From: Perkinsus chesapeaki ATCC PRA-425
Taxonomy: Eukaryota > Protista > Perkinsozoa
Assembly: GCA_013115145.1 (NCBI GenBank)
Contig: JAAPAO010000106.1
Span: 1-64,000 of the forward strand
Length of the DNA stretch: 64,000 nucleotides
Direction of reading: 5' to 3'
Each line of letters begins with the position of its first letter. The first letter of the stretch is position 1. The notes under the pieces were generated by a model, which had not been told where the DNA came from, did no database searches, and worked only from the letters and a program-made list of their open reading frames with translations. A program made the translations under genes and the position numbers. Positions 23,505 through 35,693 of the stretch are shown here, one piece after another.

Positions 23505-26074
23505 CTATTTACTAAAATCAATAGAAGTCGACATTCGCAGGGCCTTCGCAAGAGATGGCAAAGACTTCTGTACTCTGACATAAAACAAGGATCGTTGAAA
23601 TGTTAGTGTCATCATCTAACCTTCTCAATCGTTCCTGTCTGTGGAACTTATCTACACTATAACCAGCTGGACCCGGTGAATCCTCCACTGGTGGTATGAA
23701 GGAAGGCTCTCTACCATTCTTTACATAATCTCTAACACTAACCATTTAATCAACTTACAATCTGCTGACTCACCTGACAATCCGAGTACCATGATCTAAT
23801 TGCAATGACGACGTCTTCGATGCGATGTCGTAACTGTTGATGATGAATCCAATCTTTCTCTCTTGCATATCTCTTACGTTCCAGGGCCTGGCGCAAACTT
23901 CCGTGCAGCTTGTTCTTGGTCCAAATAAGTAGTCTTAGACCCTTTACCCATCGACACCTAGCGACCCATAAAAGCACTAGAGTGGTAAATTATGCAACTT
24001 TACTTTGACATCATCCCACAGGCCAGATCCAGAGGGAAGGACTTTAGGATCATACGCTCCCGGTGGTGGTATCGATTTAGCCTTCATCAATTCAAAGTCT
24101 GTAGCTCCTGGTATTAAAAGCTTAGGCTTAGATCGTGCTATTTTAGGGGCTGGGTTCTCATTGATACCTACACAAAAGAACACATGTTTGGGGAAAATAC
24201 GGTATGAAAATCTTACTATTCATGTGATGACTATAATCGGCCGGGCCAGGCATTATCTGCCTTATATTCATAGGCTTCCCTTTAACACATTCCTGTTGCT
24301 GGAGAAGCATCTAAATAAAATACCCTACCCGGGGTTCGAACCAGGACCGCTTGCACCTTTCGTTGTGCCATAACCAGATCCTTGGTGGATAACATCGTTG
24401 CTATCTTCTCCTCTTTATCATCTATCTGTTTACCAATCAGATCCCTTCGGTATCGATCCACTCGTTGAACTAAAACGCACCAGGAGGTCCCAGGTTCGAA
24501 CCCCGGTGACGGTATCTTACGTTCTTCTCTCTTTTCCTTAGCATCAATAATCTTAAAATGAGCTATCTTATGCTTCAAAGAACTATAGGAGTTCATAGCC
24601 TCATCACTTAAACAGTATATAACTCACTGGTGCGCTAATTCTGCCTCCTTTTTCTTTTCTACGGTATATACTTTATTATCAAACTTTTGCAGTATCATTT
24701 GACCCTGTAGTGCCCTCTCAACCTCCAGCTCGGCAATCTTGTTGCTCATTGCAATCCTGAACCATCAACAAGATACTTCTTGAAGCTGTATTGTTTAAAA
24801 ATCGACAGAAATGTATTCTTTACATTTTCCGAATAATCGTATGGAAAATAGGTTTGTGAGAACGCGCGTGTTGGTAGGGTCATCTGATGATGATGCCCCG
24901 CCTGATCGCCTACCGTTTCTTCTCCCATTCCTCGCTCTTCTCCGAACTTGTAATATTTTGCTGCATCTGCCACTCCTTCAATCTTTGTTCTTCCAGCAAC
25001 TGATGTGCTGTGACATCAGCCTGTCGTGCCATATAATCCTATTATTATTAATACCATACAGTAGTAAAATATCTCTTTAAGTAGCCTACCGCTTCTAGTG
25101 CATCTAATCTACTTCGATTCTCCTCCATCTTATTATCAGTAACCTCCTTAACTTGCTGTCCTTTAGCCTCTACTTGTTTCTGCGCTACAGCGACCCTCTC
25201 CCTTCGATACCTACAACCAGCGATGCCTTTATATCACTTTTCAAGAGGACAAATAACAACAGCAAGATAGAAGAGTTCAAACTTATCACAAAGTGAAGTT
25301 GTTCAAGTAACGTTCACCGACCTCATAAAGTCACCATCGGAATCGCCGAAAAGTTCGCGCTGCTGAAAAATGACTCACAAAAGGACATTGTGAGACTATA
25401 TAATTCCATACCACACTTTCTCCTAATCATCACTAACTTACTTCTCTCTCAATTGCAATTGCCCTTCCCTTTCAATCTGCTCTCTATTCTCCCTCTCAAC
25501 CGATATATGATACCTGTTCATAATATCCTAACAGTAGACATCATCAACGCCACCTACCTGGCCTGATTCTTAAGGTCCTTCTCTAACTTCGCAGCTTCTT
25601 TAGCAATCAGGCTCTCAATCATTTGTAGATTCTGCATTCCCTTACTCGCATGCGCCGAACTCGCTATTGGTGACTGCTCCCTCATTATTGCCTAAACCAA
25701 CCAGTTGAGCAAATAACTCCTCAATCTCCCTACCGCTCTCTCGGCAAGAACTCGACTAATTCTTCCTTGCCTCTTAGTTTCATAATGATTAAACCGCAAT
25801 CGCTGAAGCTCAATAGAGTCTCCGGGAATGTAGAATCTAACTAGTGTATCCCATCCATCCACATTTTCATGTTTACTCTTGAAACTGTCGAGCCTTGAGA
25901 TTGTCTGGACTCACGCCGGTGCGCTTCAGGGCCTCTTGTGTACCTATCCACCGTGAAGTAAAAAGGGTTTATCCTACTACACAATGTATGATTACGTGGT
26001 GTGATGGGTAGATCTTGTAGTGCATCGTTTGCTCCATCATCATCCCCTTCATCCTCTCGATGTCGTTTAGTCAT
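23505..26074 (-). CDS. Coiled-coil protein with C-terminal STPG/SHIPPO-type PGPxxY repeats (likely cilium/microtubule-associated)
   Basis: Spliced frame runs through LQRLRFNHYETKRQ, charged coiled-coil exons, then MPGPADY, IPPPGAYDP and SPGPAGY repeats. Consistent GT-AG introns. Confidence 0.65.
24311..24356 (-). other. 46-nt intron containing tRNA 3'-fragment-like element (sense)
   Basis: GTGCAAGCGGTCCTGGTTCGAACCCCGGGTAGGGTATTTTATTTAG. Removal joins AQRK to MLLQQQEC in frame. Confidence 0.7.
24470..24520 (-). other. 51-nt intron containing tRNA 3'-fragment-like element (antisense to the gene)
   Basis: Plus strand reads AGGAGGTCCCAGGTTCGAACCCCGGTGACGGTATCTT. GT-AG on the minus strand; removal gives KREELQRVDRY. 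Confidence 0.65.
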
Positions 26075-26199
26075 TTCTCTGATATTCGCGCTTTCGTGTG
26101 ACAATACCCTTTTATGACAAACACAACAACTGACAGGAAAATAAGAAAAATCAAACCACAAAAAATGTACTTCGCAAAAATAAGGAATTATCTCAATAA

Positions 26200-28336
26200 T
26201 TAGTAACCAAGATAACACTTGAATTCATTATTATTATGCACCTCGTGATGACAGGACAGCATTAGTTGGATCACCGCCTTGCAGGAACACCAGATTCTGA
26301 GGTGGCGGGGCCATACCGGGAGGGACCACATGTCTGAAACTGCACCTAAAACATCAACAGCGATGATAATAATAATGCAGCAGCAGCAGCCACGTATCAC
26401 CTATCACCGTAGTGACATTGACCTCGAAGCCAGTGGCGACATATCTTAGATACCCCACCAACATCACTTCGTAACCTTTTATAAGCCGGACCGGTCTGGG
26501 ACTAAAACACATTGGGGGTAGTTTTACGCACGCTGAAGAATTCAAAATAGGCATCATGAAACGGTTGATCGATTTAGTGACATGCTTTCAATTCTCGTTG
26601 AAGCGCTCGAAATTTTACGTCGCAACAGTCGCCAATATTGAGAGCAAAATCCAACTAAATACGGCTAAGTCGATCTCATTGCGTCGGGCCGTATTATAAT
26701 CCGCTCGCTTTTGTCGGAAACACGAGCGTTTGTAAATCGTAATATTAACTTGCTTACCGCGTCAAAGCCATGAGGCTGGTTCTCAGGAAGTCTCGGGTCC
26801 ACTGCTCTCGGCTCATTATCATCATCATCACCATCCGCCTCGTCCTCCGAGACTTCGCCAAATGCACCACCGTCACTAGGCCTCTTTTTGCCGTTCACTA
26901 ACAGGTTCTGGGCGGCATAGAGCTCCTAAGGACAGTCTGATAGGAAATGACACCAAGTCGCGGTCTACATGTAACTTATCCTCTAGTGACTCTTGAGTCG
27001 ATCCTTCAACCATTATCATCTGTATTGCCGGTATCTACCTCCATAATGTAGATTATCCATTAATATTAACAATACTGGTATTCCTCTCTGTGAACACCAG
27101 ACACCATAATCCTCGTAGACACCCTTCATCAAGTGTTCTACCATCTCGCACGTCCGTCTATACGATACCTACACCTTAGCCATACCACTCCTCCGCCAAC
27201 TTAGCCTACCTCATCATTGCTAGACACGCATAGATGCAATGGTTCATCAGATTCCTTTTGTTCTGGACCCTCTCGATAGTTACCTGCCATCAACAGCATG
27301 GTCCCTCGTCATCATATCACATCCGACCTACTTCTCCTTCCTCTAAGCCTTAACTTCGCGGCAGTTTTATTATGTATCTCTTTCATGTGCTCACCATTTG
27401 GTCCAATAATCCGCCCCACTATAGGGAAATCTTTATGCATTCGTTCAGCACCGATAACAAACCTATCAAACCATATAAATCCCCACCAAGCACCACTCAC
27501 CCTCACCTAGCGCACCATCTTCCTCCAGCACTCATAGCAGTAACGCCGTCAGTGTCCATACCAAGGCCGCAGCTTCCTGGGCCATCACCCCCTACCGAAA
27601 ACGATACAATATTATACGCATATCCCCACCCACCTTCACGCTGTAAGCTAGCAGCCGCTGCGGTTTCGAGGAGATTCTGAACCAGTAAGAATCTCCTGCC
27701 GGCCTTTACTGCAGTGTACTACTCTGAGCTCTTTCTCAACGTCCGCACTGAACCGTTTGAGGCGAACAACGCAGGTGTCTCCCTCTAACTTTAGCACCAT
27801 TCCTAATAATAATATATCAAGATGATAATAATGCTCCTAACCATCCAAGTGATGTTGACATTCTTGAGCATCACCGTTCTCCTGAAACTCTATCAGAGCT
27901 ACATCCGGCGCTGATACAGAGTCGAGGAGCTGCACGGTTTTCAATGGGCCGTATCTGTCGATGAGGTTATAGGTAAAATAAGGGGGACTTACTTGACGAA
28001 AGTGGACCAGAGATCATTCTCGGAGAAGGCAAAGTCATTACGCACACCCTCCAGCATCAATACCAATGCAAATGATGACAAATCACCTACGATGATGATG
28101 ATCTGACGGAAATTTGGTACGAATTATTACCAGCTTGGGAAACATTATTCTGGTATGTTAAAAATGGATTTACCTTGTCCTTATGTCTTGTGTATTGAGT
28201 CGATTCTATTTAATAATAATTAACAGCCTTACTTCATATTATTACTTCCACCACGAGGGTCCAATGGTGATGATGACGAGGAGGAGGAGGGGGCGATGCC
28301 GGTGGCGGGGGGCACTGGGTGGTCAACAACAGTCAT
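26200..28336 (-). CDS. RRM + KH (SF1/BBP-like KH) RNA-binding protein; 3' end uncertain
   Basis: RRM-like exons (FSENDLWSTFVKYGPLKTV...VALIEFQ) followed by KH DFPIVGRIIGPNGEHMKEIHNKTAAKLRLRG...EQKESDEPLHLCVS. Confidence 0.65.
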
Positions 28337-28423
28337 CATAAAACAATCTATAATACTATATTATTATAAATAACACAACAGCAAGATTTTACTATAATAA
28401 TTAACCATGACGTCATCTATTTT

Positions 28424-29023
28424 TTAATCTAAAAATTGCGCCAGCCACTTGAAGCCTTCCGCATACCCCATCCTCTTGACCACCGAACACATAAATACCT
28501 CGACCGGGCGGATTCCAGATTCCTGGGCGCTCTGAGCGGCTCCTGACTTCACTTCCCTACCAAACGTGGTGTGAGAATGCAACCCCAAAGATTGTCTAAA
28601 TTCCTCTTCACCAGCGGCATTTCTGATGTCGATCTTATTGCCCAGGACTACTATAGGAACCGCCGATAGCTCCTGACTCTCCATGAGGTGCCTCAGCTCT
28701 TCAGCTGCCTCGGGAAATCTTGTACGGTCCGCCGCATCGACCAGAAACACGATACCATCAACAGTGGCAAAATAATCTCTCCAAATCCTGCGGGCGGTTT
28801 CATGACCACCCAAATCGAAGGTTCTAAAGCGTATCTTTCCAATTAATAATTCTTCAGAGTGCGGGTGTAGTGTAGGGACATGAGTAGCGACCTTATCATC
28901 CTTCAACATGTGCAATAAAGTTGTTTTGCCAGCATTGTCCAACCCCAGAAATAATATCTTTGCATTCTTACGAGACAGGCCAAGATAGCCTAACACGTCC
29001 CAGATCCAATTTACTAGGAACAT
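28424..29023 (-). CDS. SAR1: Small COPII GTPase Sar1 (intronless, 199 aa)
   Basis: [10 protein letters not shown]-loop, [19 protein letters not shown] and CSVV motifs. Confidence 0.97.
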   Translation of the reverse strand: MFLVNWIWDVLGYLGLSRKNAKILFLGLDNAGKTTLLHMLKDDKVATHVPTLHPHSEELLIGKIRFRTFDLGGHETARRIWRDYFATVDGIVFLVDAADRTRFPEAAEELRHLMESQELSAVPIVVLGNKIDIRNAAGEEEFRQSLGLHSHTTFGREVKSGAAQSAQESGIRPVEVFMCSVVKRMGYAEGFKWLAQFLD

Positions 29024-29415
29024 TTAGCGAGATTAATAAAAAGCTAATCAACAATAATAAATAACAGCAACAGCAACAACGACGACGATCAATTTGAATT
29101 CCAAAAGTGCACGAAAAGTTTTCATGCACTTTCCAGACATAAGAGGATGATTCCATATTAATTATGATCCCGGCAATAGTGATGGGAATATAAGAGTAAT
29201 AAGGTAGCAGACCGGAGAGAAGGGCACGGTTTGCCGAGCATTACACAACATTAATTTCGGTCAGTTTAGTAAATTCAGTAGGATTTTCGTAATAGAAAAT
29301 GACCGTTGGTGCGCCTTTTAGGCGACTTTGAGGTCAGATAGTAATATATCTTCTTCAGCAACATGATCGGTGAATAATTCAGCTCTCATTTGTTGTTGTT
29401 AACTACCTTATCAAA

Positions 29416-30877
29416 ATGGCACGCTCGGAGGAGAAGGCTATGCATCTGTTAAATCGATGGGTCGATCAACAAAGGAAAATTGAAAGTGGTACCTTATTTC
29501 GGCGACCAGCGAGCTCGAACAGGCCAAGGTATTACAGGCTGTTAAATAAATACTATATGACAATAGGTATGCCTCCGATTGCACTTCCCTGAAGGACTGT
29601 GTATATTGGAGGCAAACTTTGGTTCGAGATATCTCCAGGAACATTTCTGATATACAGAATGCGTCATTAGGAGAGCAGAAAATAAGGGATATTAATGACA
29701 CGATCAACAGATTGTTACGAACTAAGTAATAATCTATAATAGGTAGTGCTTGACTGTGTTGTAGAAAGCATTGGGAGGATCAAATAAGAGCTTTGGGAGG
29801 GCCAGATTACACCGCGATGAGAGCTGGAGCGGGAGATGCTGGTGAAGGTGCTGAAATTATTGGAGGAAGTAATGTCAAGTGAACATTGGTCTGATGGTAG
29901 TAGTTGTTATTAGATGGTTACAAGTACTTCGGAGCTGCTAAGGACTTACCGGGAGTAAGAGAACTGTTCAAGAATCAAAGGGCGATGCGGGCAGCTGAGG
30001 AGGCGGAAAGGAAAAAGAGGAAGACTAGGAAGGAGCTGTAATATAGTGGAGGGGGTTGGCAGCCGCAGCAGCAGCTCTTGCGGTCGAAAACATGCTTAGG
30101 TGGATTAGGAAATGAAAATTGACAAAGGTCGGAGTGGACTTTTCGTTGAGTCCAGAGAACTTCACGAGTCGATTGGTGTAGTTGGACTAGTATGCCGACG
30201 TTGATTTAGAGTTATTTAACAATAGGAAGATATAGGCCGACTTATCTTATGATATATCAACCTCGATACCATCTGAAAGGATTAAAGTCGGCTCATTAAT
30301 AGAGGGTTGTCTCAGATGACTTGTTGATAGGTACCAAGATATTGAACCAGACTACTTTGGCTGGCGAGCTGATGATGACGAGGTTCAGGTATGGTCTATT
30401 AAACACTTAAATCTACTCTGAATCAGTTACTCGAGGAATCTCAACGAGAGCTAGAGTTGCAGCTGGAGGCAGAGGAGGAGTAATTATATAATAATATTAT
30501 CATATTACCGTACCGTTTAGGTATCGTCGAACACACAGTGTTAGTCCTCACAAAAGGGCTCGAGCTTCCTCAAGTGGGAGTGCTGGGAGCGCTACTAGTG
30601 CGACACATGGAGGAGGGCAGCCGTCATCGCCAAGCCGCAGACAAACGACTGTTGCATCGACTAACAAATCGTGCGTACTAGTAATTATGTGTCGCGCAGT
30701 TTGGTATTCAGGTTCGTCGCGGTGCCTTCCGAGGGGGAGATTGATAAACTGATACTTGCCAAAAAGAAAAAGTTGTTGATGGAGCAATATGTTAGTGATA
30801 AAGATAAGGAACAGCAGAAGGAGACCGAGGCGATGCTGATGCCGGATGAGACTAGTAAAGCCCCAAGGGGTAGATAG
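29416..30877 (+). CDS. ISY1: Pre-mRNA splicing factor Isy1 (multi-exon)
   Basis: MARSEEKAMHLLNRW..., IQNASLGEQKIRDINDTINRLL, HWEDQIRALGGPDY, YKYFGAAKDLPGVRELF, and C-terminal ILAKKKKLLMEQY. Confidence 0.9.
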
Positions 30878-31420
30878 GAAATGTGTTTTCGAAAGTTCAT
30901 ACGTTAGTTATATTTCTAAAGGGACATGCTGTTGTGTTATCAAGTTGGTGATAATATACAAGACGATAAATATAGGTATGGCTATATAATAGTATCGGCA
31001 ATAATCTTGAGAGTCATCGAACATCTGGCAACTTCGGTGTTAGTTCGGCGCCCAGGATTTCAACAGTACTGCTAGTGTCGGGTGCTTAGCGGTCGATGTG
31101 GACGAATGTGGCTTGATTAAACTCTCCTTCCTACTTTAACGTTTTATTGCGCTGAGTTCAGAAAGCCAAATGACTTGGAAAAGGTGCAAGATTGAGTGCA
31201 TTCGCTCAAGGTTGACGATATGCGACCGAAATGGTGTACATCGGTACAAGGCATTGCTGAAACACATGTTGAAGGATTGTTGAGTTGATAGTTGATGATG
31301 GTATAAGAGGGCCTGCACGAAAGTATCTGCCCCGGTATGTGATAAAGTCATGTAATTGAAAGCTGGACCTACTAAACTGCGCTGAGGGAACGGGAGGTCC
31401 TCATTGAGACTGTAATCAAC

Positions 31421-31807
31421 TGGCATCTACGGTACCGAACTGCTGCTGTAGTGGCATCTACGGTATCGAACTGCTGCTGTAGTGGCATCTGCGGTATCGA
31501 ACTGCTGCTGTAGTGGCATCTACGGTATCGAACTGCTGCTGTAGTGGCATCTACGGTATCAAACTGCTGCTGTAGTGGCATCTACGGTATCGAACTGCTG
31601 CTGTAGTGGCATCTACGGTACCGAACTGCTGCTGTAGTGGCATCTACGGTACCAAACTGCTGCTGTAGTGGCATCTACGGTACCGAACTGCTCTAGTGGC
31701 ATCTACGGTACCGAACTGCTGCTGTAGTGGCATCTACGGTGCCGAACTGCTGCTGTAGTGGCATCTACGGTGCCGAACTGCTGCTGTAGTGGCATCTACG
31801 GTATCAA
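31421..31807. repeat. 31-bp tandem minisatellite, about 12.5 copies (unit TGCTGCTGTAGTGGCATCTACGGTAYCGAAC)
   Basis: Directly visible head-to-tail units with no spacers. One unit is shortened to 28 nt (about 31689..31716); variants GTATCG, GTACCG and GTGCCG. Confidence 0.97.
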
Positions 31808-32173
31808 CTTGTCACCGTTGTTATATATTGTACGTTACATTATACTATTAGTGAACTCAACAATGGTTGAGCAACAAAAAGTTCAGTGCTGCAGTTGAGC
31901 CGTTTGTAACTTTTGAAAATTCACAGTAAAAGGTTAAGGTAACATAGACTTTAGTACAAATGACAACATACCAATGAAGCTCATTGAGTGTAGATGTATC
32001 CAGATTTGCTTAGTAATCAAAAGCTGAAATGGAATTGTGAGACGGGATAGTAGAGGAGCATAGTGATCATCATCATGGCATCCTGGCACTTCCTTAGTTA
32101 AGCTACATGTGCGAATTGAAGTAGCCGGGAGCATGGTGTGGATAAATGAAAGATACCTAACTTGCAGTAAATA

Positions 32174-33322
32174 CTATAGTTTAGCTTTTGCATATCCAAT
32201 AGATCTACCATTTGAGGGGAAGTGGTAATACCTCCCAAAGAAGGCAGGCATACCAAACACAATAGCTTTATCGTCATCATCGAGATTTAAGCGTAAATAA
32301 CACTCACCTTCATGTTCCCAGACCAAGGCTTGAGGGGACACTTCAAGCAGGAATTTCTCGCCTTTAAGACCTTCCACAGTGAACGTCAGTGGCGGTACAT
32401 TGCCAGTGTCTGAGCAAGAGATAACCAACTCGGACTCTACTTGTTGAATTGAGAACTTCTCCTTCCCAGCTGCTTGTAGGTAACCAAGCACTTGGGACTT
32501 CCACTTTTTATTAATAAAGATATGTGAGCTTCCCGTATCGAAAACGGCAGGATAAGTCATATTGATGACATACTTGGGATCGCCGACCCCGACTCGGAGA
32601 CTATGCAGCTGTACAAATTGCTCATCTTTGTTAACAATTTTGAAGAGCTTCAATGGTCCTGCTCGTTTTGATGGATCCTCACCCCCGAGAATGATTTCAC
32701 CGGATGCGAAGTCTTCTTCATTGAAATACACAGTGAAAGATTCATATTCTATAACGTTCTTAGTGGCCAATTGCTGGACTAGAGATTGGTAAGCTTTCGG
32801 CTCTGCATCTGCAGCAGGCTTTAAGCCCAGTGACGCCCAGATATTCCACGGGTTGCCATTGAAGCGGGCCACCAGACCGAAGTCTATCTCCCCGGCCGAT
32901 TGTGCACGACCAAAGTCGAAAGTGCCACTGTGAAGGAAGACTGAAACGCACGCGTGGTCTTCGAACCAAAAGTCCTTCGTTGGGCCTCCCTGGCAAGATG
33001 GTTCACATTCAAAGCAACCGAAAATAATATCAACGCACTTTTGGTGAGGATCTTCGAACCAATCCTTCCACACAAGAGAAAGGACTGGTGTTCCGGTGTC
33101 GACCAGAAGCCTCACGTCTTGACCATCAACCTTTAACTTAGCCAAGGGTAATGGGTATACATCATGGAGATCAGTTAACGCTGATGAAATGCTTACCTTG
33201 ATCAACTGGACGGAGCTTACAAGTGTGAGCGTGACAAGGAATCCGAGCAACATCGACATTATCACAAATGTTTTAGACAATGTGCAGTGCCATACGGTGA
33301 TAATGTGACCGTGACATGACAC
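32174..33322 (-). CDS. Pepsin-like (A1) aspartyl protease, intronless; true start may be downstream (MSMLLGF)
   Basis: Two catalytic motifs LLVDTGT and AVFDTGSS, IILGGED, terminal IGYAKA, hydrophobic signal-like N-terminus. Confidence 0.9.
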   Translation of the reverse strand: MSCHGHIITVWHCTLSKTFVIMSMLLGFLVTLTLVSSVQLIKVSISSALTDLHDVYPLPLAKLKVDGQDVRLLVDTGTPVLSLVWKDWFEDPHQKCVDIIFGCFECEPSCQGGPTKDFWFEDHACVSVFLHSGTFDFGRAQSAGEIDFGLVARFNGNPWNIWASLGLKPAADAEPKAYQSLVQQLATKNVIEYESFTVYFNEEDFASGEIILGGEDPSKRAGPLKLFKIVNKDEQFVQLHSLRVGVGDPKYVINMTYPAVFDTGSSHIFINKKWKSQVLGYLQAAGKEKFSIQQVESELVISCSDTGNVPPLTFTVEGLKGEKFLLEVSPQALVWEHEGECYLRLNLDDDDKAIVFGMPAFFGRYYHFPSNGRSIGYAKAKL

Positions 33323-33899
33323 TACTTAGGTCACGGATTTTACACGATTCGATTATCAAACGCATGAAACGCAGAATCCAAACGATGATGACTAGCAAAT
33401 CACCAACAGAATGTTACGGGCTTTGTTCCTTACCGATAGGACTGGACCCTTTGTTAGATGGCTTAACTCAATTGTGGGTGTCTTAGTAGCAGGTACCGAA
33501 TATCATCTTGGCATTTACTGAGTTGTCGGTGTCTCTCACACACACTGGATCGTACTATTAGCCATCAATATCCTTGCTGAGTGGTAGAAGGGCATGACAT
33601 TGTCTCTCTACTTTGAGCCAACGGTGACTGACAAGGTACCCTTATTAGAATCAGCACTTAGAGTTACTGAAAAGCTAACCTAATGTGTATAGTGTAGCCA
33701 CCAGACATTTACGCGACAGGCGTGTAGGCTGTGCCACTATATGATACTTAACAAACCAAAATAACGTGATTTATCATTATTAGAAACATAAGTAAGTGAG
33801 ATAAGAATTTATTGAATTACAATAAAGCTGTTATTGCATTCCGCAGTAGTAATAGAGAGTCTGTAAGGTGATCCATACGGTGCAATCAACGCCATCATT

Positions 33900-35611
33900 C
33901 CGGTCACTTGACACTTTTGCTGTTGAGTACATATATAGCAGCAGCCGCGCACTACTCGTCTTTAGCAGCAATAACATTATATGCTATGAAACCAACAGCA
34001 GTAAGGACGGCACCTAGCAGGAGACGGTTGAATGGAGGAATGAGCAAGAGAGAGATGGTTACCGGCCCATGCGCCTGAAGACAGTCTTAGACCTTTAACA
34101 AGCATATCGAAGATCAGAGCTGTCGGGACACAGAGGATCGTACCTAGTTCGAGGGAAGGACTATAAAAATGCAAGACAGCCGATATGGCGACTTACCCAT
34201 AGTAACCCAAAGTGGGGACAGCGACACAAGGCCAATGCACATAGCAATATTAAATGCCCAATCGGCAAGGGTTACACATAACATAGCTAGTATATCACTT
34301 TGAGAATAGTCACTGAGATAATAGAGTATAAAATGGTAATAATAGATAGGTAGACGTACGGTAGATTATTATGATATGCTCCTATGCATAGAGTGAATAT
34401 AAGAAAGATGCAGGCTGGTACAGCACGGAGACCAAGTAGGAGTAGGATATCCTCCACTTGACATTTGATAGAATCGGAATCTGGAAGAACAAACTGTTCT
34501 GTTGAGTTATTTAGTTGTCACCTTTATCAGCAATGTTAGTATTAGATATTTGTGAACATACTGGTGATGCCCATTTAGCATAAAGGATATCGAAGATACC
34601 ATATAATAGCGTAGCTACAGATACCTCGACACATGAAGTAATGCTGTTAGTTATACCATCAGACTCTTTTGTATCTAATCATTGATATTGATACTTCACA
34701 AAACTAGGGTGGACTACCGGACGATGACATCACCACTATTCCGAACACCGCTACCACTATGCAAACCAACTTGGGTATATACGCAGGTGTTGCCCCGTCC
34801 TGACACAGTCGGCATGTGGAAAGTAACCAAGTCGCCCACTTACTATAAATAAATCTAAAAAGAATACCACAAGAGGAGTCGTTTGATATATTATAGTATT
34901 AAGTGCTACGGACATGCCTTTAAGGGACATATACCAGAACCATATCTGAACCAGCCACATCGTACCTAAAGCACAGTGAGCAAGAGGAGGGGAAAGTGTA
35001 GAGGTGATCCAACCTAATATTAGCATAATATTATTGAGATGCAGTATTGATTGTTTATTGGGGAGTCCGAGTCCACGACTTCTCCTCATTATCGTCCATG
35101 GTATTAACAGTAATATATAGGATGTACAGGATACTCCAGCAAATACAGCTGGGAAATGGGTCAAGTTGGGAAATGCCTGACATAAAGTACAATACTTTAC
35201 AATACACATACACTCTCACCTGTGTAGTCTCACCCATGAGAACCCAACTGCAAACAAGAACGACTTCAATTGTTACTGTAAAGATAACTCCATGCACCTT
35301 TCTCGACGACCCTCTTGACTGCGTATTAAGGGTATCTTAGGAGACTAGTATGGTGAAGAGTTACTCTTGTATTGTTACCGATAGTGTAATCTCCAGCAAG
35401 GAGAGGGATATCCTTTGAATACTGTGTTGTCATGATAAACGATGTAAACTGCAACACTTTGTGATCAGGGAGAGGGTTGAAATCGTTGAGGATATTGACA
35501 TTGCTGGCAAGCCTTCCGTGCTCAAAGCATCCTTCTCTTTAATACGTTTTCTCTCTACATTTCGTCGTAGGTGTTTATGCTCACGTTCGTGTCACTATCG
35601 GTAATGACCAT
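33900..35611 (-). CDS. EamA/SLC35F-like drug-metabolite transporter (multi-exon; boundaries approximate)
   Basis: Hydrophobic exons including WFWYMSLKGMSVALNTIIYQTTPLVVFFL, typical of the SLC35F family. Confidence 0.6.
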
Positions 35612-35693
35612 TAATAGGTTCGCATGAATACTTTAATGATGTCGGAGGGTACTCGGCACGCAAAACCGTAACAATACAGGAAAACTGATTGGT

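Noticed and set aside
26557-26580. Near-identical stretch TAAATCGATCAACCGTT(T)TCATGA also at about 48543..48566 on the opposite strand
   Set aside because: The exact core is only about 17-18 nt, near chance expectation for a self-comparison, and similarity does not extend into the flanks.
31421-31807. CRISPR array
   Set aside because: Units are head-to-tail with no unique spacers, there are no cas genes, and the context is eukaryotic; it is a minisatellite.
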